The notes under the pieces are model-generated. The model was not told where the DNA came from. It worked only from the letters and a program-made list of their open reading frames with translations, and ran no database searches. A stretch of DNA of 64,000 nucleotides from Prevotella sp. (lineage in GTDB: Bacteria; Bacteroidota; Bacteroidia; Bacteroidales; Bacteroidaceae): positions 38,187 to 102,186 of the forward strand of contig JAFLSE010000004.1 of the NCBI GenBank assembly GCA_022511075.1, in the 5' to 3' direction. The position numbers were made by a program, and so were the translations under genes. Positions 40,465 through 50,022 of the stretch are shown here, one piece after another; positions within the stretch are counted from its first letter, which is position 1, and the number at the start of each line of letters is the position of its first letter.

Positions 40465-41037
40465 TTATTTATCAACTTTATTATAGCAGTCACGGCATAG
40501 AGGCTCATATTCTCCTGTCTCACCGAGCATGACGCGACGCTCGTCGTCAACGATGCGATGGCTGACGTATGCCAACTTGCCGCAGCGCACGCAGATGGCA
40601 TGCACCTTTGTAACATCGTCGGCAATAGCACACAGGGCAGGCATAGGACCGAAAGGCACACCCTTGAAGTCCATATCAAGCCCGGCAACGATTACCCTCA
40701 CGCCACGATTGGCAAGCGTATTGCATACGTCGACGATGCCGCTGTCGAAGAACTGCGCCTCGTCGATGCCCACCACGTCGATGCCGTCTGCCAAGAGAAG
40801 TATCTGTGCCGATGAGTCTACCGGCGTAGAGTGTATAACGTGCCTGTCGTGACTCACCACGTCGCAATCGGAATAGCGAGTGTCGATGGCAGGTTTGAAT
40901 ATTTCCACCCTTTGACGCGCAAACTCTGCACGCCGCATACGGCGTATCAGTTCCTCGGTCTTGCCAGAAAACATCGAACCGCACACCACCTCCACCCTAC
41001 CGGGCTGTCTTGCCTCACCTATGGATTTGTCATTCAT
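40465..41037 (-). CDS. tdk: Thymidine kinase
   Basis: [25 protein letters not shown], Zn-binding C..C / C..C; start at MNDKS. Confidence 0.95.
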   Translation of the reverse strand: MNDKSIGEARQPGRVEVVCGSMFSGKTEELIRRMRRAEFARQRVEIFKPAIDTRYSDCDVVSHDRHVIHSTPVDSSAQILLLADGIDVVGIDEAQFFDSGIVDVCNTLANRGVRVIVAGLDMDFKGVPFGPMPALCAIADDVTKVHAICVRCGKLAYVSHRIVDDERRVMLGETGEYEPLCRDCYNKVDK

Positions 41038-41131
41038 TTGAGTGCAAAAGTACAAAAATGTTTTAAAAAAACACAAACTTTCGACTGTTTTTTTTGATGT
41101 TAAGGATTTTATAACTACATTTGCCGACGAT

Positions 41132-41830
41132 ATGGGTACGTTATACATAGTCCCCACTCCCGTGGGCAATATGGAGGACACTACGATGCGCGCCATCCGC
41201 ATTCTGAAGGAGGCGGACATGATACTGGCAGAGGACACACGCACCTCTGGCATATTCCTTAAACACTTCGGAATACAGAACCATCTCATGTCGCACCACA
41301 AGTTCAACGAACACGGAACTTCGGCAGGCATCGTGCAGCGGCTGAAAGCAGGGCAGACAATAGCTCTGATAAGCGATGCCGGCACGCCAGGAATAAGCGA
41401 CCCGGGGTTCTTCCTCGTGCGTGAGGCAGTGAAAGAGGGCATCGACGTGCAGACACTGCCGGGGGCAACGGCATTCGTGCCGGCACTGGTATCGAGCGGA
41501 CTGCCGTGCGACCGTTTCTGCTTTGAGGGTTTCCTGCCACAGAAAAAAGGCAGACAGACACGACTGTTGGCACTCTGCGAGGAGCAACGTACAATGATAT
41601 TCTACGAGTCGCCCCACAGGCTGCTGAAGACATTGCAGCAGTTTGCGGAGTTTTTCGGCAAGGAGAGGCAAGTGTGCGTGTGCAGGGAGATATCCAAGAT
41701 TCACGAAGAATGCGTGCGCGGTTCATTGGAAGAGGTCATAGCGCATTTCACGGAAACAGCTCCACGCGGTGAGATAGTAATAGTGGTGGAAGGCTGCGAC
41801 AATAAGAAGAACAAGAAAGAACAAAATTAA
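41132..41830 (+). CDS. rsmI: 16S rRNA (cytidine1402-2'-O)-methyltransferase
   Basis: [33 protein letters not shown]; start at MGTLY. Confidence 0.95.
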   Translation: MGTLYIVPTPVGNMEDTTMRAIRILKEADMILAEDTRTSGIFLKHFGIQNHLMSHHKFNEHGTSAGIVQRLKAGQTIALISDAGTPGISDPGFFLVREAVKEGIDVQTLPGATAFVPALVSSGLPCDRFCFEGFLPQKKGRQTRLLALCEEQRTMIFYESPHRLLKTLQQFAEFFGKERQVCVCREISKIHEECVRGSLEEVIAHFTETAPRGEIVIVVEGCDNKKNKKEQN

Positions 41831-41834
41831 CAAT

Positions 41835-42695
41835 ATGAAGATTATGAAAAAACTCACAGCTATTTTAGGAATAGGTTTGGCGCTTGCATTGGGCGCATGT
41901 CAAGGAAACCAAAAGGCAGACACCGTGCCAGTGGAGCAGCGCGACTCGCTCAACCGCATCATAGAGCAGAAGGAGAACGAACTGAACGACATGCTGGCTA
42001 CGATAAACGAAATTGAAGAAGGGCTGCGTGAGATTAGTGCCGCAGAAAACCGCGTGAGCGTTGCCCGTCAAGGCGAAGGTGCCAATCAAAAGGCACGCAT
42101 ACGTGAGAACATGGAGTTCATAAGCGCAACAATGAATCAAAACCGTGAGCTTGTGAAGAAATTGCAGAAACAACTGCGCGAGAGTTCCGTGAAGAGCGAC
42201 CAACTGCGAAAGACAATAGAGAACCTTACTGCACAACTTGAGGAAAAGGAGCAGCAAATACAGCAACTCCGCGCCGAACTGGAAGAGAAAAACATTCAGA
42301 TAGAAGAACAGACAGAGCGTATAAAGGGACTGAGCAACAGTGTTTCGTCGCTCGTGGAGGAGACAAACCAAAAGCAGCAGACAATAAACACGCAGGACAA
42401 GCAACTGAATACGGCATGGTATGTATTCGGTACGAAGAAGGAACTGAAAGACCAGTCGATACTGCAAGACGGTAATGTTTTGCGTGCAAATTTCAACAAG
42501 GAGTATTTCACGAAGATTGACATACGCATAGACAAGGAGATAAAACTATACTCCAAATCAGCAAAGTTGCTCACATCGCATCCTTCAAGCAGCTACACCC
42601 TGACACAGGACGCAAACAAGCAGTACGTTCTGCGCATCACTAATCCGCAGACATTCTGGAGCACAAGCAAGTATCTCGTGGTACTCGTGAAATAA
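41835..42695 (+). CDS. Coiled-coil lipoprotein, possibly Cbp1-family adhesin
   Basis: Lipobox LGAC, long heptad region, NTAWYVFGTKKELK; family name is recalled and uncertain. Confidence 0.55.
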   Translation: MKIMKKLTAILGIGLALALGACQGNQKADTVPVEQRDSLNRIIEQKENELNDMLATINEIEEGLREISAAENRVSVARQGEGANQKARIRENMEFISATMNQNRELVKKLQKQLRESSVKSDQLRKTIENLTAQLEEKEQQIQQLRAELEEKNIQIEEQTERIKGLSNSVSSLVEETNQKQQTINTQDKQLNTAWYVFGTKKELKDQSILQDGNVLRANFNKEYFTKIDIRIDKEIKLYSKSAKLLTSHPSSSYTLTQDANKQYVLRITNPQTFWSTSKYLVVLVK

Positions 42696-42723
42696 GCACA
42701 CCCCCACTCCACCGCACACAACA

Positions 42724-43317
42724 ATGGAAAAGAAGATAATGTATGTACACGGCTTCCGGTCGTCGGGCAGTTCGGGTACGGTGGTGATGCTGCGCAGCAT
42801 TCTCTATGAGTCAGGCATAAAGGTAATTGCGCCAGACATTCCTGTTTCGCCATTGGCTGCCGAAAAGATGCTGCACGAAATGGCGGAACGAGAACAGCCA
42901 TCACTGATAATCGGCACATCCATGGGGGCTATGTACACAGAGTTGTTACACGGTTTTCCAAGAATACTCGTAAACCCGTCGTTCCACATGTCGCGCACTA
43001 TGGTGCTAAAAGGCTGGGTAGGCAAGAAGCACAAGTATCTGAACAAGCGTGCCGACGGCGCTACGGAGCTGAAGATTGACAACACCATAATTGAGGAATT
43101 CAAGCAGGTAGAAACACGGCTCTTCAGTGACACATCGGAGATGGAGCGCGAATTGGTGTACGGACTGTTTGGCAAGAATGACAACACCGTGAACTATCAG
43201 GATTTGTTCATTGAGCATTATGGAAGGGGGCATTTCATATTGTTTGAAGGAGAGCACCAACTCAACGGCAACGTACTGAAAAAAGAGGTGCTGCCACTCA
43301 TAGAGCAATTAGTATAA
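42724..43317 (+). CDS. YqiA/YcfP-family esterase
   Basis: YVHGFRSS, GTSMG, ILVNP, GEH. Confidence 0.8.
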   Translation: MEKKIMYVHGFRSSGSSGTVVMLRSILYESGIKVIAPDIPVSPLAAEKMLHEMAEREQPSLIIGTSMGAMYTELLHGFPRILVNPSFHMSRTMVLKGWVGKKHKYLNKRADGATELKIDNTIIEEFKQVETRLFSDTSEMERELVYGLFGKNDNTVNYQDLFIEHYGRGHFILFEGEHQLNGNVLKKEVLPLIEQLV

Positions 43318-43347
43318 AACGTAATACATATTTTTTATTATACTATT

Positions 43348-43908
43348 ATGAAGAAAATCTTTGGAATGCTGCTGTTGGCAGTGATTACATTCTCCATCTG
43401 CGGTTGCATGAAGAAGCAGGAGCAACGCACAGATGCAGAAGCCACCAAGAGCGAAGCAACGGAACAAGAGGAACTGGCAGAGGAAGCCGACTATATGTAT
43501 ATCGACCTCACGATGAACGATATAAACGGAAACAGTCGCAAACTGAGCGATTTCTGCGGAAAAGGCAACTATGTACTCATCGACTTCTGGGCAAGCTGGT
43601 GCGGACCTTGCATCGGCGAAATGCCGAACATAATAGAAAACTACAACAAGTACCACTCTAAGGGCTTTGACATTGTTGGTATATCATTTGACAAGAACAA
43701 GGAAGCATGGGTAAGCGCAGTTGCTGAACTTGGACTGGAGTGGCATCAACTCAGTGATTTGGCTGGCTGGAGCAGCATAGGTGCATCGACATACGGCATA
43801 ACGAGCATTCCCGCAAACATACTCGTTGACGGCGAAGGGCGGATTGTTGCCGGCAATCTGCGTGGCGCAGCATTAGGTGAGAAGTTGCAGGAGATATACG
43901 GACAATAA
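43348..43908 (+). CDS. TlpA-family thioredoxin-like lipoprotein
   Basis: DFWASWCGPC, SIP..ILVD. Confidence 0.88.
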   Translation: MKKIFGMLLLAVITFSICGCMKKQEQRTDAEATKSEATEQEELAEEADYMYIDLTMNDINGNSRKLSDFCGKGNYVLIDFWASWCGPCIGEMPNIIENYNKYHSKGFDIVGISFDKNKEAWVSAVAELGLEWHQLSDLAGWSSIGASTYGITSIPANILVDGEGRIVAGNLRGAALGEKLQEIYGQ

Positions 43909-43932
43909 CGACACCGAAAAAAGAAAAGTAAT

Positions 43933-44412
43933 ATGGAGAAGATAGCGAGTTTCACGATAGACCACGACCGTCTGCTGCGCGGCATTTACGTATCGCGCAA
44001 GGACAAGGTTGGCAACGACACAGTAACGACATTCGACATAAGGATGAAAGAGCCTAACAGGGAGCCTGCCTTGCATCCTGGTGCACTGCACACCATAGAG
44101 CATCTTGCGGCAACATACCTGCGCAACGATAAAGAGTGGAAAGACAGGATTGTGTATTGGGGTCCTATGGGCTGTCTTACGGGCAACTACCTATTGATGC
44201 GTGGCGACCTCGAAAGCAGCGACATAGTGGAACTGATGCAAAGGGCATTCCGTTTCGTAGCAGAGTTTGAAGGCGATATTCCTGGAGCAGCACCACGCGA
44301 CTGCGGCAACTGGCTGCTGCACGACCTGCCGATGGCACGCTACGAAGCACACAAGTATCTCACAGAAGTATTAGAGTGCATAAAGCAGGAGAATCTTGAA
44401 TATCCGAAATAA
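43933..44412 (+). CDS. luxS: S-ribosylhomocysteine lyase
   Basis: SFTIDH, HTIEH, PMGCLTG, CGN. Confidence 0.95.
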   Translation: MEKIASFTIDHDRLLRGIYVSRKDKVGNDTVTTFDIRMKEPNREPALHPGALHTIEHLAATYLRNDKEWKDRIVYWGPMGCLTGNYLLMRGDLESSDIVELMQRAFRFVAEFEGDIPGAAPRDCGNWLLHDLPMARYEAHKYLTEVLECIKQENLEYPK

Positions 44413-44416
44413 TGAC

Positions 44417-44503
44417 AATTCCAAAAAAGTTACGACTTTTTAGGAATCAATTCCAAAAATATCATAACTTTTTTGGAATTTAGTAGAATTTTCCATATCT
44501 TTG
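44417..44503 (+). promoter_or_regulatory. Twin palindromes and sigma-A promoter of the second AAA ATPase gene
   Basis: ATTCCAAAAAAGT-tacg-ACTTTTTAGGAAT (44418-44447); AATTCCAAAAA-N10-TTTTTGGAATT (44449-44480); TTTG (44472)-N20-TATCTTTG (44496). Confidence 0.7.
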
Positions 44504-44523
44504 CACCAGAAAAGGTATGGTTT

Positions 44524-45651
44524 ATGATACATAGGACTATAGAAAACAACATACGCACCCTTCTTGGGGGACAAAAGGCAATAATACTCATAGGGGCAAG
44601 GCAAGTGGGAAAATCTACATTGCTCAACCAAATGCTTGGAAACACCAGTGATGTAATGTGGCTGAACGGAGATGACACGGACGTGCAAGACTTATTCAGT
44701 GAAATGACATCAACCCGAATGCGTGCATTATTAGGCAATAACAAAACACTAGTAATAGACGAGGCACAACGTATTCCTGACATCGGACTGCGCATAAAAA
44801 TCATAGCCGACCAGATAAAAGACGTGCAGGTAATCGCCACAGGAAGCAGTTCATTTGAATTGACATCGAAACTTAACGAGCCGCTTACTGGTAGAAAGCG
44901 TGAGTTTAAAATGTTTCCACTTACATTTGCAGAAATGGTTAGCCATACAAGTTTCCTTGACGAAATACGCATGCTGCCTCACAGAATGGTCTACGGTTAT
45001 TATCCAGAGGTTGTATGCAATACAGGAGACGAGCAAGCCACGCTGAAAGAACTAACAGACAGCTACTTGTATAAAGACATAATGTCGCTCGACGGCATAA
45101 ACAAGCCCGACCGCCTCGTACGATTGTTAAAGGCACTTGCATTGCAGATAGGCAGCCAAGTGTCATACAACGAAATAGGTAGTTTGATAGGAATTGATGC
45201 AAAGACGGTGGAGCGTTATATTGAAATTCTTGAAAAGTCGTTCATCGTGTTTCGCCTCGGCAGCTTTTCACGCAACCTGCGCAACGAACTGAAAATAAGT
45301 CGTAAGATATATTTTTGGGATCTTGGTGTGCGCAATGCCGTAATTGGCAACCTTGCACAGATAGAAAACCGCACAGACACGGGAGAGTTGTGGGAAAACT
45401 TTGTCATTGCCGAGCGCCTGAAAAGGAATACCTATAAAGGCAGTTTCGCCCAATCGTGGTTTTGGCGCACGCGACAGCAGCAGGAAATTGACTACGTTGA
45501 GGAGGAAAACGGAAAGATTTCCGCTTTTGAGTTTAAGTGGAATGAGCGCAAGGCAAACGTAAAATGTCCGACAGCATTCAAGGAAACATACTCCGACTCC
45601 ACCTTCAATGTTATCACTCCCAAAAACATTGAGACATTCCTGCTTGATTAA
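44524..45651 (+). CDS. AAA+ ATPase, AAA_14/DUF4143 family (second copy, divergent)
   Basis: GARQVGKS, IDEAQR, TGSSS, C-terminal EIDY...EFKW; start at MIHRTIE. Confidence 0.88.
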   Translation: MIHRTIENNIRTLLGGQKAIILIGARQVGKSTLLNQMLGNTSDVMWLNGDDTDVQDLFSEMTSTRMRALLGNNKTLVIDEAQRIPDIGLRIKIIADQIKDVQVIATGSSSFELTSKLNEPLTGRKREFKMFPLTFAEMVSHTSFLDEIRMLPHRMVYGYYPEVVCNTGDEQATLKELTDSYLYKDIMSLDGINKPDRLVRLLKALALQIGSQVSYNEIGSLIGIDAKTVERYIEILEKSFIVFRLGSFSRNLRNELKISRKIYFWDLGVRNAVIGNLAQIENRTDTGELWENFVIAERLKRNTYKGSFAQSWFWRTRQQQEIDYVEEENGKISAFEFKWNERKANVKCPTAFKETYSDSTFNVITPKNIETFLLD

Positions 45652-45753
45652 GCCGATAGCCTAATGCTACTGCAATATACTCGTTGCAAACGATACACAT
45701 CGTTTTCACTTACCCAATAATACAACTTTCGCTGTGTCTTGTTATCCGCTCTA

Positions 45754-46590
45754 TTACTCTACCCACCTTACAATTCTTATACTCACCTCATAGAGCAGAT
45801 AAAGTGGTATGGCTACGAGTACCAGCGTCATTATGTCGGGCGGCGTTATCACTGCTGCGACAAGCAATATAGCAATAAATGCATGTTTGCGATATTGCGA
45901 CAGCATATCACAAGTGACAAACCCCATCTTACCGACAAAGAAAGCTATCACTGGCAACTGAAATACAACGTCCATAAGCAAAGTAAGCGATGTGAAAGTA
46001 GATACGTATGAATCGAGCGTTATAGTGCTTACCACTTTTGCCGACACGCTGTAAGTACCGAGAAAACGAAACGAAATAGGGAACAGCACGAAATAGGACA
46101 TCAATACGCCGGCAATAAACAGCAGGTATATCGTGCCTGCCACCTGCACAGAATAACGCCGTTCATTGTCATAAAGTGCAGGAGAAATAAACCTGAATAA
46201 CTCAAAAAGGATATATGGTGACGCACCGAGTAATCCAAGGCTCACTGCAGTAGTTATATGCGTCATAAACTGACTTGACAAATCCGTGGCTATCAGGTCT
46301 ACGTGATACGGCTCAAAGCGGAAGTCTATCCCCACAGCTTGCATCGCCTCCTCTATCCAGCGATATGTACAAAAATCCCATTCGCTCGGTGCGAGCAGTA
46401 ATCGCCAAGTGATGTCCTTTAGACAAAACACCACTATGGCAATAGCTCCAGCAACAGCAAGAATACGGAAGAGCATTTGGCGGAACACCTCCAAGTGTCC
46501 GCCAAAGGTAAGGAGTCCACTTTCTTCAACGTCATTGATGTCACTTAGTTTCTTTGTGCTCTGCTTCTTCTTTTTCCCCTTCCTCGCCAT
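45754..46590 (-). CDS. tatC: Twin-arginine translocase subunit TatC
   Basis: [36 protein letters not shown]; probable start MARKG (46590), exact start uncertain. Confidence 0.92.
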   Translation of the reverse strand: MARKGKKKKQSTKKLSDINDVEESGLLTFGGHLEVFRQMLFRILAVAGAIAIVVFCLKDITWRLLLAPSEWDFCTYRWIEEAMQAVGIDFRFEPYHVDLIATDLSSQFMTHITTAVSLGLLGASPYILFELFRFISPALYDNERRYSVQVAGTIYLLFIAGVLMSYFVLFPISFRFLGTYSVSAKVVSTITLDSYVSTFTSLTLLMDVVFQLPVIAFFVGKMGFVTCDMLSQYRKHAFIAILLVAAVITPPDIMTLVLVAIPLYLLYEVSIRIVRWVE

Positions 46591-46789
46591 TTGTTTCCTC
46601 TTCCTTTTCTTCCTCTTTTTCTTCGTCCTCTTCCAAAGGCTCATGCATTCCTTTCTTGAAACTCTGCACTCCCTGCCCAAGTCCTTTCATCATCTCGGGC
46701 AGTTTCTTTCCACCAAAGAGCAGCAGGGCAAGACCGCCTACAAGCAGCAGTTCCGTCGTTCCGATGAATAATACTAATTGTGATACCAT
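46541..46789 (-). CDS. tatA: Twin-arginine translocase subunit TatA/E
   Basis: GTTELLL...[26 protein letters not shown] plus acidic tail. Confidence 0.92.
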   Translation of the reverse strand: MVSQLVLFIGTTELLLVGGLALLLFGGKKLPEMMKGLGQGVQSFKKGMHEPLEEDEEKEEEKEEETNGEEGEKEEAEHKETK

Positions 46790-46793
46790 ACGC

Positions 46794-47072
46794 CTACTGA
46801 ATTACCAAGAAAATTTCGCAAGTATCGAAGTTTATCTCCCAGTTGCCGTTCTCATCAGATTCCCATTGGTATTTCTCTGCCATTCTGTCCCACCAGTTTT
46901 GGAACTTCGTGCCAGTCTCGCCCAAGTCCTTAACCAATTTCTCATACAGCTCGGCATTGTCTGCCGTGAGAATTTTTGCCAGTTCATTCAGTCCGTTGCG
47001 ACGTTCAAAAAGCGTCTGAATCTCAATACGCTCCTCGGGTGTCACCTGCCCTACAAGTTTTTTCATTACCAT
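46794..47072 (-). CDS. CXXX-repeat peptide modification system small protein
   Basis: 92 aa, translationally coupled to the maturase (ATGGTAA overlap); [22 protein letters not shown] matches my recollection of the family. Confidence 0.7.
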   Translation of the reverse strand: MVMKKLVGQVTPEERIEIQTLFERRNGLNELAKILTADNAELYEKLVKDLGETGTKFQNWWDRMAEKYQWESDENGNWEINFDTCEIFLVIQ

Positions 47073-48025
47073 TCGTCTCTTTTATCAAAAGGGTCTAAAT
47101 AATCTATTTCCTTAATATCTTCCTGCTCTGGCAGGAATGTGCCGTACTTGCGTATATTGTTCAGCAATTCACGGCTTGCGTTGCGCTCAATATGTGCCAT
47201 AACGCATTGCTCATAGCTCGGCGTGTTTACTTCCAATGTCAGTTTACGGTTTAGCCAAACGCAGCGTTTGCAATGGTATGCATCACAATGGCGACAAATA
47301 GGAGCATACTCCAACTTATAGAGTTGCTTGTTCTTAATATCAAGCCCATTTTCCAAATCGCCGACACTATCAGCCTCGTTTTCATAATAGAATGCAGCAC
47401 ATACATAGAACTTACCGTTAGGAGCAAGTGTTATATTTGTATCTCCTGCTCCGCAGTTGTTCATCTCTTCCAACATCATGCGGTCTGTTAATAGATTCAA
47501 CTGTGGCGATTTACCCTCAACATACATTTTTTCTATATGTCCAGACAAACTTTGGAGTACTTTCTTATAAGTCTCAAAATCTGCTTCAGAGAAAGAATCG
47601 ACATCTGTTATAACCACGTTCAGACGAGCAACCTTAGCCAAAGCACATTTTAGGGAAAGATAACGGTCAAACAAGTCTGCTTTTGTGGTACGCAGTACAT
47701 AAGCTTTGTCTACTTCAAAAGTGAAATAATCTAATCCTATCCAATCGTGGAAAATTACGACATCAGCCTCGTCTACAAGACTTTTATCCTCACATAACGA
47801 CGAAATGATGTTGCTATGATCTATCGTTTCTATAACTTCCTTATACTCTAATGGAAGATCATAATCTGGATAGACAAATTGAATCATCAGGTTTTCCGTC
47901 ATGGCATATCGGATTCCCAGTTTCAATACATCAATAGGAATCAGCTTGCTTTCTCGTCTGTCGTTGTCATAATGACAATACGACGTACTCGTATCATCCA
48001 ACAGTATAATAAGGTATTGCATCAT
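47066..48025 (-). CDS. CXXX-repeat peptide maturase partner: degenerate radical SAM domain with SPASM Cys set
   Basis: No CxxxCxxC (only TSTSYCHY); retains NCGAG..C and CRHCDAYHCKRC...C. Confidence 0.75.
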   Translation of the reverse strand: MMQYLIILLDDTSTSYCHYDNDRRESKLIPIDVLKLGIRYAMTENLMIQFVYPDYDLPLEYKEVIETIDHSNIISSLCEDKSLVDEADVVIFHDWIGLDYFTFEVDKAYVLRTTKADLFDRYLSLKCALAKVARLNVVITDVDSFSEADFETYKKVLQSLSGHIEKMYVEGKSPQLNLLTDRMMLEEMNNCGAGDTNITLAPNGKFYVCAAFYYENEADSVGDLENGLDIKNKQLYKLEYAPICRHCDAYHCKRCVWLNRKLTLEVNTPSYEQCVMAHIERNASRELLNNIRKYGTFLPEQEDIKEIDYLDPFDKRDEW

Positions 48026-48029
48026 AGTC

Positions 48030-49265
48030 TTAGCAGATTTCTTGTTTTACTTCCCGTTTGTTCTTCTCAAAATCCTCACCCATACCTTCAAGTTCTATCT
48101 TGCGGTATAGCTTATTCCAGTAGTAGTTGTTTGCACGAACACGGGCTTTGTGCATCTTGCATATAGCTGTGCTGCGTTGATAAATTGTATTGGTATCAGC
48201 AGCATCATAGTTTTCTCCTTGACACCATGCGCACCCGCTGGCCACTTCACAATTAATACATTCTTGTTTGGACTGGCTCAAACGATCAAGCACAAGAAAT
48301 GGGCGCAGCTTGTTTTTGTCAATACCTTCATCCACATTGCCAATTATACAAGCCTTTTTTTCACGAAGTGAATATTGAGCAAACCGTGTGCAGGGATAGA
48401 AGATGCCATTTGCATCAACAGCAAGCATCTTTCCTGCGCCACACCAGTTCTGATTGTCTAATCGGTGGTCAAGCGGCTTTCCTATATTTTCAGAAAAGAA
48501 TGAACAAGCATAATCTGCATACCAGCCTCCATCGATAATTGCATCGGCAAGTTGCATCAGTTGGTTCTCAAACAGTCTGTCATCTCCATTCTCCCACACA
48601 TCCTCAAACACTACATTGATGTTCACTTCGTGTATGCCGAGCGAGTAGAGGTGCAACACACTTTCTTTGATATAGGGGATGTCAGCACTGCTTATCGTTA
48701 CCTTTGTTCCCGAATTAGGGAATTGTGCCTGCCATAATGGGATATTGCGCACTACATCATGATAAGATCCGCGCTCCTCCGTATCATTGTCATCTCGGAA
48801 TTTGTAAATACGGTTTAAATTGTGCTTCTTTTCCGTTCCATCAATGGTTATGCCAATACTTACATGTTCTCCATTTTTTTTTATAAAATTTTGCACCTTG
48901 TCAGTATGGTAGTTGATGCCATTGGTTGCAAATGAGAATCTGTAAGAATTAAACCAATGGTGATTTCTGCGATACATCTCAGTTTTAAGGTAGTCGCAAA
49001 TCCTGTCTATGAGATCGATTTCAAGAAACGGTTCTCCGCCAATAAAATCCCACACAACGGCTTCCTCACAAAAATCTTCCTTATGGTCAAGGATATAATC
49101 TATTGCTTGTTTTGCTACTTTCCAGGACATTCGCTCTTTTGCGTTTTTTCCAACAAGGTAGCAGTACTTGCAGGCAAGCTGGCAATCTTTTGTGACAATG
49201 AATGTTACATTCTTTGCCGTACCAGCATGCCATTCTGCGTTTGCTTTCTTTATTAAGTCTTTCAT
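48030..49265 (-). CDS. Radical SAM/SPASM peptide maturase, CXXX-repeat target family
   Basis: CQLACKYC, FIGGEP, SPASM WCGAG..YPC..CINCEVASGCAWC..C; start moved to MKDLIKK (49265). Confidence 0.93.
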   Translation of the reverse strand: MKDLIKKANAEWHAGTAKNVTFIVTKDCQLACKYCYLVGKNAKERMSWKVAKQAIDYILDHKEDFCEEAVVWDFIGGEPFLEIDLIDRICDYLKTEMYRRNHHWFNSYRFSFATNGINYHTDKVQNFIKKNGEHVSIGITIDGTEKKHNLNRIYKFRDDNDTEERGSYHDVVRNIPLWQAQFPNSGTKVTISSADIPYIKESVLHLYSLGIHEVNINVVFEDVWENGDDRLFENQLMQLADAIIDGGWYADYACSFFSENIGKPLDHRLDNQNWCGAGKMLAVDANGIFYPCTRFAQYSLREKKACIIGNVDEGIDKNKLRPFLVLDRLSQSKQECINCEVASGCAWCQGENYDAADTNTIYQRSTAICKMHKARVRANNYYWNKLYRKIELEGMGEDFEKNKREVKQEIC

Positions 49266-49285
49266 AAAAATTAGTACAATTAAAG

Positions 49286-49320
49286 AACAGCCCTGCGCTG
49301 CATGATGCACTAGGGCTGTT
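49286..49320 (-). terminator. Stem-loop between the precursor and maturase genes
   Basis: AACAGCCCT / AGGGCTGTT 9-bp arms with inner TGCA/TGCA pairing. Confidence 0.6.
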
Positions 49321-49335
49321 TAAACCTCAAAAGGG

Positions 49336-49611
49336 TTATTTACTAGAACCAGTACACCATTTTGTACAAGCACCTCCACAAGTGACGGTACAAGTACCAG
49401 TACACCATTTGGTACAGCAACCTCCACAAGTAGTAGTGCAACTACCACTACAAGTTCTACAGCCGGAGTTTGGGGCGTTTTCCATTGCGTTTACTACATT
49501 AGGTACACTCGACAGCACAATAGCCCCCAAAATAGGCAACGCACCTTTTGCTGCCTTCTTGAAAAACTCTCTTCTTGATTGGAGTTCTTCGTTCTTTTTG
49601 TTTTTCTTCAT
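49336..49611 (-). CDS. Cys-Xaa-Xaa-Xaa repeat radical-SAM target precursor peptide with Tat signal
   Basis: SRREFFK twin-arginine motif, hydrophobic h-region, VNA cleavage-like site, then 11 Cys mostly at i+4 spacing. Confidence 0.9.
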   Translation of the reverse strand: MKKNKKNEELQSRREFFKKAAKGALPILGAIVLSSVPNVVNAMENAPNSGCRTCSGSCTTTCGGCCTKWCTGTCTVTCGGACTKWCTGSSK

Positions 49612-49677
49612 AACGTTAGAAATTTAAAAAGTGCCTATGAACTCCCTAATTCAGCGTTAATATTAATAAGGTATGGG

Positions 49678-50022
49678 AAATAAAAAAGACGTGGGAGTTA
49701 ATTTCTCCGCGCCTATCCCTGATCTCAGGCCTTCGCATTGCCCCTTTCCAAGGATAAGCAACGCAAGCCAGCCCACGCCGAGTGATATTATATAAAACCA
49801 AAATACATCTACAGCAAAATAGCCATAGTTGCCATTGGGATATAATACACCCACGCGGACGCTTCAGTTGCATTACACCTGTGGAAAGTTTCTAAGTTGC
49901 GAAGTTAGAGATCACAGATAGTAACGTCCGAAAACGTCCTTCCGAGACCAGCCCTACAAACGGCTTGGTGGTCTCATTCCCTCGATGTCTTGACCCGCCA
50001 TCCCTCGAAGGCTGGCTTAGTC
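49678..50022 (-). promoter_or_regulatory. Putative structured 5' leader of the CXXX operon ending in a terminator-like hairpin
   Basis: Several complementary segments and GGCGCGGAG-AAATTAA-CTCCCACGTC-TTTTTT; function inferred. Confidence 0.5.

Noticed and set aside
39363-44412. Quorum-sensing module (AI-2E transporter plus luxS)
   Set aside because: Opposite strands, separated by five unrelated genes; the AI-2E family is broad and LuxS is commonly a methyl-cycle enzyme.
49266-49310. Upstream start MHHAAQG for the rSAM enzyme
   Set aside because: It lies within the intergenic hairpin; ATG 49265 with an AT-rich upstream context is more plausible.
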